Notes: generated by a model from the sequence alone, not told the origin. 36,108 bases of DNA from a virus (IMGVR_UViG_3300031519_000085:1-36108), one strand, 5' to 3'. Counted from the first letter of the stretch, positions 24,747 to 35,412 are shown. A program made the numbers and translations.

Positions 24747-26456
24747 TCACCACGTTGAGAGTCCTGCTCGCTTCCATGTGTTTGTAGCAGTGCATACATA
24801 GATGTAATCCGCATCCCAGCAGATCTCGCCTGTAACGCCAGTGTCAGTAGCCGAAGTTGGCGTTTTTGCCGTTGCGAGTCTAATGCGATCGTCGTCTATC
24901 TGTAATAGCGAGTCGCCAGACTGCGATAAAGTGCCCACTAAGATCCTGCTCGCAAAGGAAGCCGAGCCATCGTACTTAAGTCTGGCGACAGTGCTGCCGT
25001 CGTACCCAAGACTAAATGCCACCCTGGAACTGCCAGTTGCTGTGTTGTCCGAAGACAAGCTAAGTGCTGCGAAGCCTGTATTTTGTTGAAGCTTTCCTTC
25101 TGTATTGGTGCCAAGCCCGGAAGTTGCAAAGCGCCTAGCTTGCGCTGTTGACGTTGATTGCGCGCCACCTGTAAGCGTTACATTGCTAGCAAAAGAAGCC
25201 GATCCGGCAGAAATAGAACCAGTGGTAGCAATATCTTGGCTCCCAAAGTCCGGGTCGATCTTCGTGCCAGCAATTGCAGCAGACGCATTAATGTCATCAT
25301 TGACAATCACACCGGAGGCAATCGATGTGGCAATGCTCGCGCCACTGGTCAAATCGCTACTGACCGTACCAGTTACATCACCCGTAACAGCGAAAGTCCG
25401 GGCTGAACTGAGTGCGGTTGCTGTATCTGCGTTGCCGGTTAAAGCTGCCGTAATTGTTCCAGCTGTAAAATCACCAGACGCATCGCGTGCAACAATCGCG
25501 CTTGCTGTATTTGCATTAGTTGCGGTGGTGGCACTATTGCTGACTTTCCCAGCCGTCGAAATAGTGTCTAACTTCGTGTCAACAATTGCCGCTGATGCGT
25601 TTATGTCTGCATTGACGATTGCGCCGTCAGCAATCTTCGCGCTAGTGATTGCACTGTCTGCAATGTAATCCGTTGCAATTGCAGTACCGTTCCAAACGCC
25701 GGTCCCAATCGTTCCAACGCTGGTAAGGCTAGAGCCAACAACAGCACTGCCCAAACTTGTTGCGTCCAGAACTTTCGTGCCATCAATTCGATATTCCTTG
25801 GCACTAGCGATATTTACATGCTCGCTAAGTGTCCACGCATCAGTGCTGTCAACCCAATTAATGGTTTTGTCTGTCGCCCCTTTGAGCGTGATACCACCAC
25901 CATCGGCAGTGACATCAGTTGGCGATGCAACAACACCTAGCTCGATATTTTTGTCTTTGACTGTTAGCGTTTGAGATTCAATTGTTGTTGTCGTTCCTTC
26001 AACCGTCAGGTCGCCAGTGATGATGACATCGCCATCAACATCAAGCTGCGTCCCATTGAAGGTCAGCCCAGCACTATCTTCCAGCTCACCACTGGTGCCA
26101 GCTAAAACGACACGACCGCTAGTTAAATCCGAAACTGCTGCGCTAGCCAGCGTGGATTGCCCGGTGACATCTAGTGTGCCAGGTATATCAACATTGCTGG
26201 TCCATTCAACGCCAGTGCCAGCTGCATCGGTCTGAAGAAGTTGGCGAGCAGCACCGTCCTGCAACTTGGAGACTGGTAGTTCACTGATGGTTGCGGCTCC
26301 ATCATTGGCCACATCAACATCACCGTTGATAATGCCGACGATCTCGCCAACAGTAGTGCGTTTTGTTTGGCTTGCGCTGCTGTCGGTAACTGGTACAAGG
26401 TCAACAGCGGCAGGAGGGGCAAGAGCTGTTAGCTGAGAAATCTTTACGTTGGCCAT
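24747..26456 (-). CDS. tail fibre protein
   Basis: ANVKISQLT start, GDLTVEGTTTTI, ADGGGITLKG, ITSAKIADG repeats, GEICWDADYIYVCTATNTWKR end. Confidence 0.85.
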   Translation of the reverse strand: MANVKISQLTALAPPAAVDLVPVTDSSASQTKRTTVGEIVGIINGDVDVANDGAATISELPVSKLQDGAARQLLQTDAAGTGVEWTSNVDIPGTLDVTGQSTLASAAVSDLTSGRVVLAGTSGELEDSAGLTFNGTQLDVDGDVIITGDLTVEGTTTTIESQTLTVKDKNIELGVVASPTDVTADGGGITLKGATDKTINWVDSTDAWTLSEHVNIASAKEYRIDGTKVLDATSLGSAVVGSSLTSVGTIGTGVWNGTAIATDYIADSAITSAKIADGAIVNADINASAAIVDTKLDTISTAGKVSNSATTATNANTASAIVARDASGDFTAGTITAALTGNADTATALSSARTFAVTGDVTGTVSSDLTSGASIATSIASGVIVNDDINASAAIAGTKIDPDFGSQDIATTGSISAGSASFASNVTLTGGAQSTSTAQARRFATSGLGTNTEGKLQQNTGFAALSLSSDNTATGSSRVAFSLGYDGSTVARLKYDGSASFASRILVGTLSQSGDSLLQIDDDRIRLATAKTPTSATDTGVTGEICWDADYIYVCTATNTWKRAGLSTW

Positions 26457-26489
26457 GCGCTAATAGTGCAGCCGCTTTATAAAAACAGT

Positions 26490-27677
26490 CTAACCTTCGC
26501 GCAGCTGTACGTCTCGCACGGTGACGAAGTTGGCTGAACCGGTGATGATGTCCGCTGCCCTGACGCTGACGGCACTGCTCGTTAGCATCACCTGAGCTTG
26601 ATAATACAGATCGCCTGGCTCCAGCCCGTTGCTGTAGCTATCGCGATTTAATGCGTCGCTGTCAATCATCCAGAATTGGGCCTCAGCTTCAGACTGCTCA
26701 TTGGTATTCAAAAGCAAGCGGAGTAAGTTACTGGTGCCAACAGTTGCCAACACTTGAGCTGACCAAACCGCAATTTCATTGCGTGGCACGATGTTGGCGT
26801 TGTCATAGGCGGCTACGCCTGGATTTAAGCTTGAGTCGTTGTAATTCGGGCCATAATCCGCAATGCTGCCAGCAGTGCCGACGATATCAGCATCGGCGTA
26901 AGTTATGTTTTGATCTACGTCAACAAAACAACGCGCATTTGCATATCGACTTTGGCTGATAATTGCTGTGTTACGAGTGTCGTTTGCTTCGCGCTCAATT
27001 AAGAAATCAAACGAACCACCGCCTTGTATTAGTGATTTGACGCCATCAAAAAACTTGTCGCCAAGACCAGTAGTATCGATTTCGTTTGAATTTAGACTTA
27101 AATCCCATCCTTGCAAACATGCTTCGAGCTTCCACTCATTAACCAAGCGCAGTTCAATCGGAGCGGTCGGGTCCAGCGTAAAGTCAGATTGATCAATGTC
27201 ATCGCGTGTCACGTCGTTCGCGCCAGCCAGCGCCGCTGCACGAGTGCGGTAGAACGACAGACGATTTAGTACGTCGACATGCGCGTACAGCCGATTGCGG
27301 TATGGCGTTGCGTCTTTTTCCGATTGAACTGCAATAACATCACCGCTCTCCGTAGTCAACACATCGTTATATTCAGTCGCCAACCACCGATATGGTCGCA
27401 GCAACTCCGACGGATATGCAGTGCTATAGCCAACAAGTTCAGGATAGTCTTGGTAGTCGTAGACGTTGGCGTAGGTCGGGATTAGCGGTGGATCCGCTAG
27501 GTCTACGTTCGGCCAGTTATCAATGCTGGCAACCTCAACCAGGTCACCACTGCGGAAGCCTGTTGTCGTCAGCGAAATAATATTTTTGTCTTGATTAAGC
27601 GCAGTAATATCAACCGCAACGGGCGTAGGTGCGGAACGGTTAAATACGACTTTGCCGAATGTGCCGAGGACTGCCAT
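26490..27677 (-). CDS. tail structural protein with tube-like domain
   Basis: WDLSLNSNEIDTTGLGDKF...LIQGGGSFDF; ITGSANFVT. Confidence 0.7.
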   Translation of the reverse strand: MAVLGTFGKVVFNRSAPTPVAVDITALNQDKNIISLTTTGFRSGDLVEVASIDNWPNVDLADPPLIPTYANVYDYQDYPELVGYSTAYPSELLRPYRWLATEYNDVLTTESGDVIAVQSEKDATPYRNRLYAHVDVLNRLSFYRTRAAALAGANDVTRDDIDQSDFTLDPTAPIELRLVNEWKLEACLQGWDLSLNSNEIDTTGLGDKFFDGVKSLIQGGGSFDFLIEREANDTRNTAIISQSRYANARCFVDVDQNITYADADIVGTAGSIADYGPNYNDSSLNPGVAAYDNANIVPRNEIAVWSAQVLATVGTSNLLRLLLNTNEQSEAEAQFWMIDSDALNRDSYSNGLEPGDLYYQAQVMLTSSAVSVRAADIITGSANFVTVRDVQLREG

Positions 27678-28063
27678 TACGTTGAGGAGATAGTTAGGTC
27701 ACCAGTAAACGTAAATGCAACATTCGTACTCGTAACATCACCTACAGTCACGGTTGAACCAACACTGGTAATCAACACACTGCCTGAAATCGTCTTGCCT
27801 GTGGTCAGCGTCAGCGTTGCGGTGATGCTACCTTGCGAATCAGTATTGATTTTGGCGTAGACATCATCAAGCAAACTGTTTTCATACAGCAAAGTTGCGC
27901 TGCCTGTTGTACCACGCAACCCCGTCACATACGCCCTGCTTGATTCACCTAAGTTTGTGGTTTCTAGCGTATCGCGTGAAATATCTACGCTTGCATCACG
28001 AACCACAACCGTCGAGTTGAGCCCGGTGATCGCAAAGTTGCCTGTGGTGCTGGTAACTGCCAT
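27677..28063 (-). CDS. small tail-tube-like protein
   Basis: SVDISRDTLETTNLGESSRAYVTGLRGTTGSATLLY. Confidence 0.7.
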   Translation of the reverse strand: MAVTSTTGNFAITGLNSTVVVRDASVDISRDTLETTNLGESSRAYVTGLRGTTGSATLLYENSLLDDVYAKINTDSQGSITATLTLTTGKTISGSVLITSVGSTVTVGDVTSTNVAFTFTGDLTISST

Positions 28064-28075
28064 TTTGTACTCCTG

Positions 28076-28483
28076 TTAGCTCATTCTAAGCTCTGCCGTC
28101 AATTCAACAGTCACATTGGAACGACCTGGGGCAACGCTTTCAACTTGTGGCGACGACCCTTCGCTAAAAGACCACAGTAGCCCCGCACCTGTTGCACTGG
28201 CATTTAGCCAGCTTTCCAAGGTCGCATCCGCTCCAGCGAATATCTGCGTCGGCAGCGTCAAGCTATCGACTGAACCTTTTGCGCTGTTGTATGCGCTAAG
28301 AATTGCTGCTGTGTTGGTGTCGTTGACGTTGCCAAATGTCAGGCTGAGTTTTGCTTGGCTGGGCCTGCTGCCCCACAACCTACGAGTAATCACACCAGAC
28401 TGTGACGCCTGTGTTTTGGTCGGCCATGTTGGCGCGACAAAGCTGCGTCTTGTTGGTGTGATGCTGGGGAACGTCGTTGCCAT
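28076..28483 (-). CDS. minor tail protein (distal tail/gpM-like)
   Basis: FPSITPTRRSF...LSLTFGN; position in tail module. Confidence 0.65.
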   Translation of the reverse strand: MATTFPSITPTRRSFVAPTWPTKTQASQSGVITRRLWGSRPSQAKLSLTFGNVNDTNTAAILSAYNSAKGSVDSLTLPTQIFAGADATLESWLNASATGAGLLWSFSEGSSPQVESVAPGRSNVTVELTAELRMS

Positions 28484-28485
28484 GA

Positions 28486-31400
28486 CTAGGTGATGCTCCA
28501 GTTGCCAGCAGTATCGAAGCCATCAGCGACTTCTAAAACACCGCTGCTACTGACAGGCATGTGCATTGCTTCGATTGTAAACAACCCATCATCTCCTGAC
28601 GTAATTCGTTCAATTTGATAAACACGCATTTGCGTTCCTGAAATTTTTACAGTAAACACCACGCCTGTGGGCGTTGCCGTTGTTCCGCTGTTGCTAACAG
28701 TGAGTGTTGCGTCAGCCGGTGGCGTTCCTTCCGTTCCATCCCATGCAACCACGCTATAGGTTCCATCCGCCAATGCTTTCGTGCTTACTAACGCACCTTC
28801 TGGTGTTACAGCGCCATTGTTGAACTGGTCATATTCTGTTTCGTCCATTGCAACCTTGATGTAATCACCGGGCGCAATATTGGACATCACTCCTTCATGT
28901 GTAGTCGAGAAATTTATGACATGTTGAGGTATGCGCCGCATACGGGTAATAAACTTTGCTGCATCGATTGCGTGCTCCCTGCTTGTGCAGTAAGAACTCA
29001 TGTCAATCTGTTCGATTGGATCTGTGGCCGCTGCGCTCACTTCCCGCACCAGCACTTCACGAACCACCGGAAACGATCCGGGGCTAGTTGGATCCGTAGT
29101 AGTGCGCTCTTCGCGGTAACGGACGCTTACCTGGATAGGATCACGGTCTTCAGGGTCAAAATAGGAAAGCTTGAAACTGTTTTCAGCGATGTTGCCTGCC
29201 GTGAATAGCGCAGCAATTGGAACAGCGGTAAAAGATATTGCAGGGCGAAGAAAATACTTCCCGTTTGATTCACCGAATTGCAACAAATGCGTAGCGGCTA
29301 AATCTGCTGACCACTGTCTGACGTTGGCAGGTTCGGAAACAGCACCATCGTAAAAATACTTGCGGTCTTGACACCACTGCGCTGCAGCCGTGAACTCGGT
29401 GGTGTCAATCATGTAGTTCTTGACAAATGATCCCGCACCAAAACGGTCGTTCGTCATCAGGTCGTACAAAATGTCTGGAAAAAGATGCGTGGCACCCGTT
29501 CCACCCAAAAGCCTGGTGCATTCACGGCCTCCAGTGACATACGCAGAAAATTGACTGAACTGCTGGAACTCGGCTGATGACCGGATGTTGATGCCAGCCA
29601 GCGCAAGATTGTCGTATTGCGGCGCTGTATTGTTCGGCACAATTTCATTGATATAAACTACTTCGTGCTCCGGGCCGCTTGCGGCAGAACATGAAATCTC
29701 AGAATAAATAAACGCTTCGGCAAGCTTTGCGTAGTCATCGATATATGTATTTGTGTCTACTCTTGGTATACCCTTGTATACATGGAATCTACTGTCGCTA
29801 CTGTCAGTAAACGTAGATCCGACAGCAAAGGTTGTAGTTGCCGCTAATGGTGCGCTAGCCACAAAAGTAAAGGCTGAATTAGAATTAATATTGCCGCTTG
29901 TTCTGGTTATTGTGCCGGTTACGCCAGCAAGAGTGCCACTGAAGGAGTTCCCCGTAAACAGCGGGAGATTTACATCGCCTTCCTCACTTGCAGTTATAGT
30001 CATTGAAATCGATGTTGCCGTTGTGTTGCCTAGCAAAATAGTAAAGGCCGTTGCAACGTTGGCTGAATGAGTGTGATCAGTTGTTTGAGACTTGTATCTG
30101 TACAAGTTACTTATACTGTCGTCTGCTGTTGCTTCTTTTATCCCAAAGGTAGCTATTGTCGAAGCTACGCTTTCTCCCTTAAAAGCAACTGTGCAGCCAT
30201 TTTCGGTCACCGTTGTTAGCGTGTTTTTAGTGTCTAAAACATACAGCGTTGTTCCGGTGTTAAGGCCATTTCGCACCTCGAATCCTGTCAACGGTTCAAA
30301 CTCAACTTGCCTGAGTTCGCTAGTCGTAAACTCAAACCTTAGAAAGCTAAATACTGCTTGCTGGGATTCGCTGCGGAATCCATAAGTGTTATTAAGGTAA
30401 GTCCAAGTAGACGCGCCATATTGTTTCCATCTGATACGGGCAAAAGAATAACGTTCAAACGGCGTAGTGACTGTGCCGCTTTGATGGAAGATATTTAAAA
30501 TGTCTCCTGGGTCTTGTGTTGTAAATGCTTTGCAAAAATCATTGTCTATAGTTAGGTATTTTTTGGCTTCTTGAAAATTGCATAGCCCGTTTATTCGGGA
30601 GCCCATTACTGACTTGAACCCGACTTCAAATGCTTGGCACGGCCTAGATGTTAAAATACTTGCAGAAGCATACTTGAAAAGATGTCCCCCAGTAGTGCCA
30701 ACCTCACGATTTGGTAAATCGTCAAGTGTTCCAGATTCTACAGAAACAGTATCGGTAAGATGGGTTTGCTTATGCTCTTTGACTTGGCCACTACGAACAA
30801 CTTCAAACGTTGCTGTTATTGTTGTGCCGCCTGAAGGAATATCGTAGTCAGACACAAAAACATCGTCTGTGCGGCTGGTGCATACACCTAAGGCGCTCCC
30901 AATTTTGTACAGCTCACCAACAACAAGGCTGTCATCCCAACTTTTTTGCATTGATGCAACTGTTGATGCTATGTCTTTAGCTGTTGCGTCGTCATTGTCA
31001 GCGTTGGGTTCGTCATAGTTGTTAAAAAGCACACCACTATGCGATGCGGAAAATACCTTGTAGGTCAAGGTCGTCCCGACAGAGGCTGTCTTTGTCGCAC
31101 TGTCTCCCGCTATGCTTTCGCTATTAAGACCGCTAAATGTAGTAAACGGAGCCCTAAGCTTATCCCGTTGGTTCATTTGCTGACTATCAGCCGGGCATCG
31201 AACTCTTACGTCCCCGTCATCATTTGCATTCTTTGACTGGCTGCGAACCCCTGGGCGCATTAACGGGTTTACTTTGTACATCAGATTGTTGCCAATCGGT
31301 GCATAGACGCCAAACGTTGTTTGGGTACTTGGCCGGTTGGACGAACAAAAATCTGTGCGGTCTGCTCCGTTCCAGTACACCTGAAATACATCTGAGCTGT

Positions 31401-32073
31401 TAGAGCTCCCGTCATCGTTAGCGTTTGACCTGCCCGCTACTCTGTCAGCCCCAGCAATTCGGCCTGTGTCTTTGCTGAGATAGAGCGTTACCCGTGAGGC
31501 TGCTTCAGTGGCAGCGTTGCTGTCAAAAATATAGCCCTGTAGCGTGCTGCTACCGATTGCAAAGTTATTTGGGTCAACACTGCTAATCGGGCCTTCACCG
31601 AGTAAAAATACACCGCGTATCATCTGGCCGCCGCCTAGGCTCAGAACTTGGTTCCAAATCATTGGCATGTTGATCCGAATGCCGCCGTAATCTGCGCCAG
31701 ATATGGTTTCTTTGCGTGCGTAAACAATCGGAATAATGCTGCCTAGCGTTGCAATATCTTGCTGCGAATCAAAGCCATACCTCGGCGCAAACCGACTATT
31801 GCGGATGATTGTGCTGCCTTCCTCTTGACGTTGAGTTGGCTGGCCCCGGTCGCCTATTTTTGGTGCAGAGGGCTTTAACAGCAAAGAAATTGCAATTGAA
31901 CCTACGGCAATTACAAGGTTGATAACTCCAATAATTGCTGCAATTTCCAATCCTGCAATTACAGCAGGTTGCGGCCCTTCCGCTGCACGTTTCCTTGCCT
32001 CAATATGGAAGTGCCTATACTGCGCCTCCGTAAGACCAAGGATTTCAGCTATATAACGATCAGATGGCAGCAT
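28486..32073 (-). CDS. tail tip/central fibre (gpJ-like) protein
   Basis: About 1195 aa; LGSIIPIVY, LYDLMTNDRFGAG, YFYDG, VSVRYREE, IAPGDYIKV; start set at ATG 32073 by coupling. Confidence 0.8.
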   Translation of the reverse strand: MLPSDRYIAEILGLTEAQYRHFHIEARKRAAEGPQPAVIAGLEIAAIIGVINLVIAVGSIAISLLLKPSAPKIGDRGQPTQRQEEGSTIIRNSRFAPRYGFDSQQDIATLGSIIPIVYARKETISGADYGGIRINMPMIWNQVLSLGGGQMIRGVFLLGEGPISSVDPNNFAIGSSTLQGYIFDSNAATEAASRVTLYLSKDTGRIAGADRVAGRSNANDDGSSNSSDVFQVYWNGADRTDFCSSNRPSTQTTFGVYAPIGNNLMYKVNPLMRPGVRSQSKNANDDGDVRVRCPADSQQMNQRDKLRAPFTTFSGLNSESIAGDSATKTASVGTTLTYKVFSASHSGVLFNNYDEPNADNDDATAKDIASTVASMQKSWDDSLVVGELYKIGSALGVCTSRTDDVFVSDYDIPSGGTTITATFEVVRSGQVKEHKQTHLTDTVSVESGTLDDLPNREVGTTGGHLFKYASASILTSRPCQAFEVGFKSVMGSRINGLCNFQEAKKYLTIDNDFCKAFTTQDPGDILNIFHQSGTVTTPFERYSFARIRWKQYGASTWTYLNNTYGFRSESQQAVFSFLRFEFTTSELRQVEFEPLTGFEVRNGLNTGTTLYVLDTKNTLTTVTENGCTVAFKGESVASTIATFGIKEATADDSISNLYRYKSQTTDHTHSANVATAFTILLGNTTATSISMTITASEEGDVNLPLFTGNSFSGTLAGVTGTITRTSGNINSNSAFTFVASAPLAATTTFAVGSTFTDSSDSRFHVYKGIPRVDTNTYIDDYAKLAEAFIYSEISCSAASGPEHEVVYINEIVPNNTAPQYDNLALAGINIRSSAEFQQFSQFSAYVTGGRECTRLLGGTGATHLFPDILYDLMTNDRFGAGSFVKNYMIDTTEFTAAAQWCQDRKYFYDGAVSEPANVRQWSADLAATHLLQFGESNGKYFLRPAISFTAVPIAALFTAGNIAENSFKLSYFDPEDRDPIQVSVRYREERTTTDPTSPGSFPVVREVLVREVSAAATDPIEQIDMSSYCTSREHAIDAAKFITRMRRIPQHVINFSTTHEGVMSNIAPGDYIKVAMDETEYDQFNNGAVTPEGALVSTKALADGTYSVVAWDGTEGTPPADATLTVSNSGTTATPTGVVFTVKISGTQMRVYQIERITSGDDGLFTIEAMHMPVSSSGVLEVADGFDTAGNWSIT

Positions 32074-32441
32074 TACTGAAACCTCCGGTATTCCATCTTT
32101 TTGCACCGTTCCACCGGAATCCATCGGACGCCTTTGCGCCTATTGACATGTAACAGACCTCCGTCCACAACAACGCCGATACCGATATGATCTGCAGCTC
32201 GGAACATTGTCACTGCGTATTCTTCCGGCTTATCCAAGTCTATTGTACTTTCTCGGTACAGCAGTGCTAAAGCTTCGTAGTCACCGCGTTCTGCCATACT
32301 CAACCACTCCGCATCCAATGCAGGGTGTGGAGCACCTGCAGCATCTAAAACGTGCCAGGTCACAATCAGGCAGTCAGCGCCTTGACCGTCATCAGGATCC
32401 GCTCGAAACTTATGGGGAAGGCCAATCCAACGATGCCACAT
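32073..32441 (-). CDS. NlpC/P60-like tail tip protein (gpK-like)
   Basis: WIGLPH...GADCL...HIGIGVV...LLHV. Confidence 0.75.
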   Translation of the reverse strand: MWHRWIGLPHKFRADPDDGQGADCLIVTWHVLDAAGAPHPALDAEWLSMAERGDYEALALLYRESTIDLDKPEEYAVTMFRAADHIGIGVVVDGGLLHVNRRKGVRWIPVERCKKMEYRRFQ

Positions 32442-32914
32442 CAGCCCACAACCAATGCACCGCTGGTTGGTAATGCGCCAACCAATGCTGTACTTAAAGT
32501 CCGCCGAGGCATTTGAGCTTTTACTGCATCAAGAGGTGATGTCAGACGCATGGTTACTGTTGTCAGATCCATTTCGTAAGAGGCGATGCGCCATGTTTCT
32601 GTTGAAATTAACGCCTCGTCTGCAAACGTCAGGGGGTCGAGGCTGACAGTCTTGATTTCCAGTATGTAACGGTTTTGCACCGCTTCTGCAAACAAATTTA
32701 CAGAGATCGCATCCGTACCAGCGACCAAAGCAGCATTGGAGCGTTCACCGCCGCGAGCCCCGCCGCCAGATGAAACGGCAAACGGTGCAAAGCTATAGGT
32801 CACACCGCTATAGGTGCGAGTCTGATTCACGCTGAAATTTTGGTATGGCGTGCCGGTGTACGCATCAGCCTGAGTCTTAAAACGAACGTAGTTCACAAAT
32901 GCGTATGCGCTCAT
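32441..32914 (-). CDS. minor tail protein (gpL-like)
   Basis: YSFAPF, LTSPLDAVKAQMPRRTL; located between TMP and gpK-like gene. Confidence 0.7.
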   Translation of the reverse strand: MSAYAFVNYVRFKTQADAYTGTPYQNFSVNQTRTYSGVTYSFAPFAVSSGGGARGGERSNAALVAGTDAISVNLFAEAVQNRYILEIKTVSLDPLTFADEALISTETWRIASYEMDLTTVTMRLTSPLDAVKAQMPRRTLSTALVGALPTSGALVVG

Positions 32915-35205
32915 CAGATGCCAACCTTGCTGCGAGTTCTAGGGCTATTCTGCAGCGTCGTCAGCGTCATTGCTCGGCCACGTTCGGCTGCCTGCGTCAT
33001 CCCCTGCCGGTGCTGTTCTGCAGTTACATATTCAACGCCATTTATTACCTGTGACTCGAAACGAATGTTTAGCGGTTGAGATTGTGTCGTCATTTTGTTT
33101 AGCTGCTCGCGTGTGGCTGTGTTTTGCTGGCTGTTTAGCTGCTGACGGGTTTCGCTGTTAGATAGCACCGTGCCGCTGCTGGATGGAATCATCAGCTCTG
33201 GGCCGCGTTCGCCCACGATGTAGGGCGTGTTTGCATTTACTGGGCCGCCGTTTGCCATGAAACCACCGAAACTTCCGCCGCCAAAGTCTCCGAGTGAGTT
33301 GCCTGTAATGCTTGGTGCGTTGGGATTGAAACTGCTTCCCCCCGGCATTGAAACGCCCAGCGCCTTCATGATCGTGCCGTACAAGATCATCGCAATCTGC
33401 TGAGCAATAATCTTTGTGGCCATATCAAGGAAATGCTTGGCCACCGATTGCATCATTTCGGCCAATCCTTCCTGAGCTGATTTAGCTCCAGAAATAACGC
33501 CAACAAAAGCATTGCTAAATGCGTTTCCAATAGCGGTCGCCCCTGCTGCAACTTGATTTTCAAGCTTAATCAGCTCTTCAAATTGCTTTTGCATTTGGAA
33601 ACCAGGATCAGCCTCAAGCCGGCGTTGCGCTGCCTCAGCTGCTGCTTTGTCTCTTTTCTCTTGATCGCTGGCTTGCTTTGCTGCTAAATCTCCCCTGGCT
33701 TTTTCTATGTCGAGAACTGCAATTTTGTTTGCTAATTCTTCAAGGCCAGCAATCTGGCTGATCTCCGCTGTTTCTGCAATCGTTGCTAGCGCATCTTGCC
33801 TGGCAAACTCAATCTGTAACTCTTTACGCGCTAAATCACTGTTTGCCTCCTTAAGTTCTATTTGTCTTGTGAATTGCTGGCTTAGTTTGGCCCCGGACTC
33901 CAGTTGCTGTTTTAATAGCTTTTCTGCTTGATCTGTTTGACTTTTGTTTTTTCCGCTACCGCCGCCGCTTTTAGCATTTTTCAGTACTGGTATTGAAACA
34001 GAAGGAGTTGAAAGCGTAGGCATTTCAGCCGGAGCATCCATAGCCCCCAACCGATTCTTCATCAATTCAAGCAATACAGTCTTGCGGTCTTGTCGTCTTA
34101 GTTTTGCCAATTCTGTTGACTCCTCTTGCAGCCCTTTAAGCCCTTTACCTTCTGGGCCTGTTCCTTTGAATAGCTCAGCCGCTCCTTGAACGTTTAGAGG
34201 CAATAATCCTCCTTTTATGTCTCGTCTAGCAGAAACTGCACCGGGGCTGGTAGCAGCAACAATTAAGCTATTAACTTGATTGAGAGTGTTTGCTGCTACC
34301 TGGCCAATAAACTCAATAGGCCCCTTTAAATTTACAATAAGCTCGGCAAGCCCCCGAAAAGATTCAGCAAGCTGAGGGACAATATCTTGAGTGAGAGCAA
34401 CTTGAACTTCTTCTGTTGCGTTTTCAAAGTCTTTAATTGCTTGCGCTGGCCCCTTTAGTGCGTCTGCAAGCTGATCCGCGCCCTCTACTTCGATGCGCTT
34501 TAGAGCCCCAATAACAATATCAGCAGTAATCCCCCCTTCGGCTGCAAATTTTCTCAAGTTGCCTTGAGCTATTCCAGTCTGCTTGCTAATTGCCGTCAGA
34601 ATGCCAGGCACTTGCTCGGAAATGCTATTAAATTCATCCCCGCGCAACGCTCCAGAGCCTAATGCTTGAGCCAGTTGCGTAAAAGCGTTTGAGGCTTCCT
34701 CAGCAGTGGACCCGCTAATCCTTGCAGCCGTATTAAAACCGTTGTAGGTGCTAACAATGTCTTTTAAGGTAACGCCAACCGGCCTCAATCTTGCGTAAAC
34801 CTGTGCAATTGCTTTGTTGGCTGTTGTTTGACTAACTCCAAAACGCTGAGAGGCTTGAGTCGCCGCATTAGAAAGAGCTGCAACTTCTCCATATCCCTTT
34901 GCTAGAGACTGGAGACGTCTTTCGGATTCAATCCTTTGGATGCCTGCCCTGACCGCCGACTGTGCAGCGGCAAGCGTTCCATACGCTGCGGCAACTTTTA
35001 ATAGATTTCCCGCTAAAGACTTAAAACTGCCGCTAGCTTGCTGAGCGCCTTTCCCTGCACCAATGAAACGTCCTTTCGCGGCTCTCAGTCGACCATTTAC
35101 GTCACGGACGCCTTCTTCTACTTTCTTTGTTTCCTTGGCAACCCGCTTCAGTGGGTTGACTGCATTAGCTGCATCAACAATCAGCTGAACATTCGCTTGT
35201 GCCAT
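32914..35205 (-). CDS. tape measure protein
   Basis: QLAQALGSGALRGDEFNSISEQVP; MANGGPV...YIVGERGPEL. Confidence 0.92.
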   Translation of the reverse strand: MAQANVQLIVDAANAVNPLKRVAKETKKVEEGVRDVNGRLRAAKGRFIGAGKGAQQASGSFKSLAGNLLKVAAAYGTLAAAQSAVRAGIQRIESERRLQSLAKGYGEVAALSNAATQASQRFGVSQTTANKAIAQVYARLRPVGVTLKDIVSTYNGFNTAARISGSTAEEASNAFTQLAQALGSGALRGDEFNSISEQVPGILTAISKQTGIAQGNLRKFAAEGGITADIVIGALKRIEVEGADQLADALKGPAQAIKDFENATEEVQVALTQDIVPQLAESFRGLAELIVNLKGPIEFIGQVAANTLNQVNSLIVAATSPGAVSARRDIKGGLLPLNVQGAAELFKGTGPEGKGLKGLQEESTELAKLRRQDRKTVLLELMKNRLGAMDAPAEMPTLSTPSVSIPVLKNAKSGGGSGKNKSQTDQAEKLLKQQLESGAKLSQQFTRQIELKEANSDLARKELQIEFARQDALATIAETAEISQIAGLEELANKIAVLDIEKARGDLAAKQASDQEKRDKAAAEAAQRRLEADPGFQMQKQFEELIKLENQVAAGATAIGNAFSNAFVGVISGAKSAQEGLAEMMQSVAKHFLDMATKIIAQQIAMILYGTIMKALGVSMPGGSSFNPNAPSITGNSLGDFGGGSFGGFMANGGPVNANTPYIVGERGPELMIPSSSGTVLSNSETRQQLNSQQNTATREQLNKMTTQSQPLNIRFESQVINGVEYVTAEQHRQGMTQAAERGRAMTLTTLQNSPRTRSKVGI

Positions 35206-35229
35206 ATCCGCCCAGCTACTGCCCCAATT

Positions 35230-35412
35230 CTACCGCCGTCTTGCCTTGGCGCGATCCATTGCCTTTTTCTCCTCTTCGCCCTTCAACTGATAGTACGCAG
35301 CAAAATGAACAAGCTCCGCATCAGATAACTCTGTGCGAAGCTTGCTCACCGTCATGCCAAGCTCGCAGGCCAGAAAAAACTCAAAGTTGAGCCAACTGTC
35401 CTGCTTTAGTCG
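35230..35412 (-). CDS. tail assembly chaperone -1 frameshift extension (gpGT-like)
   Basis: -1 frame after A AAA AAC: RLKQDSWLNFEFFLACELGMTVSKLRTELSDAELVHFAAYYQLK...RRR*. Confidence 0.8.
   Translation of the reverse strand, partial: RLKQDSWLNFEFFLACELGMTVSKLRTELSDAELVHFAAYYQLKGEEEKKAMDRAKARRR

Noticed and set aside
24841-26235. Long + strand ORFs antisense to the tail fibre (e.g. 25105..25668)
   Set aside because: Shadow frames of an Ala/Thr/Ser-rich gene with no domain motifs, unlike the 1799..2560 ORF.
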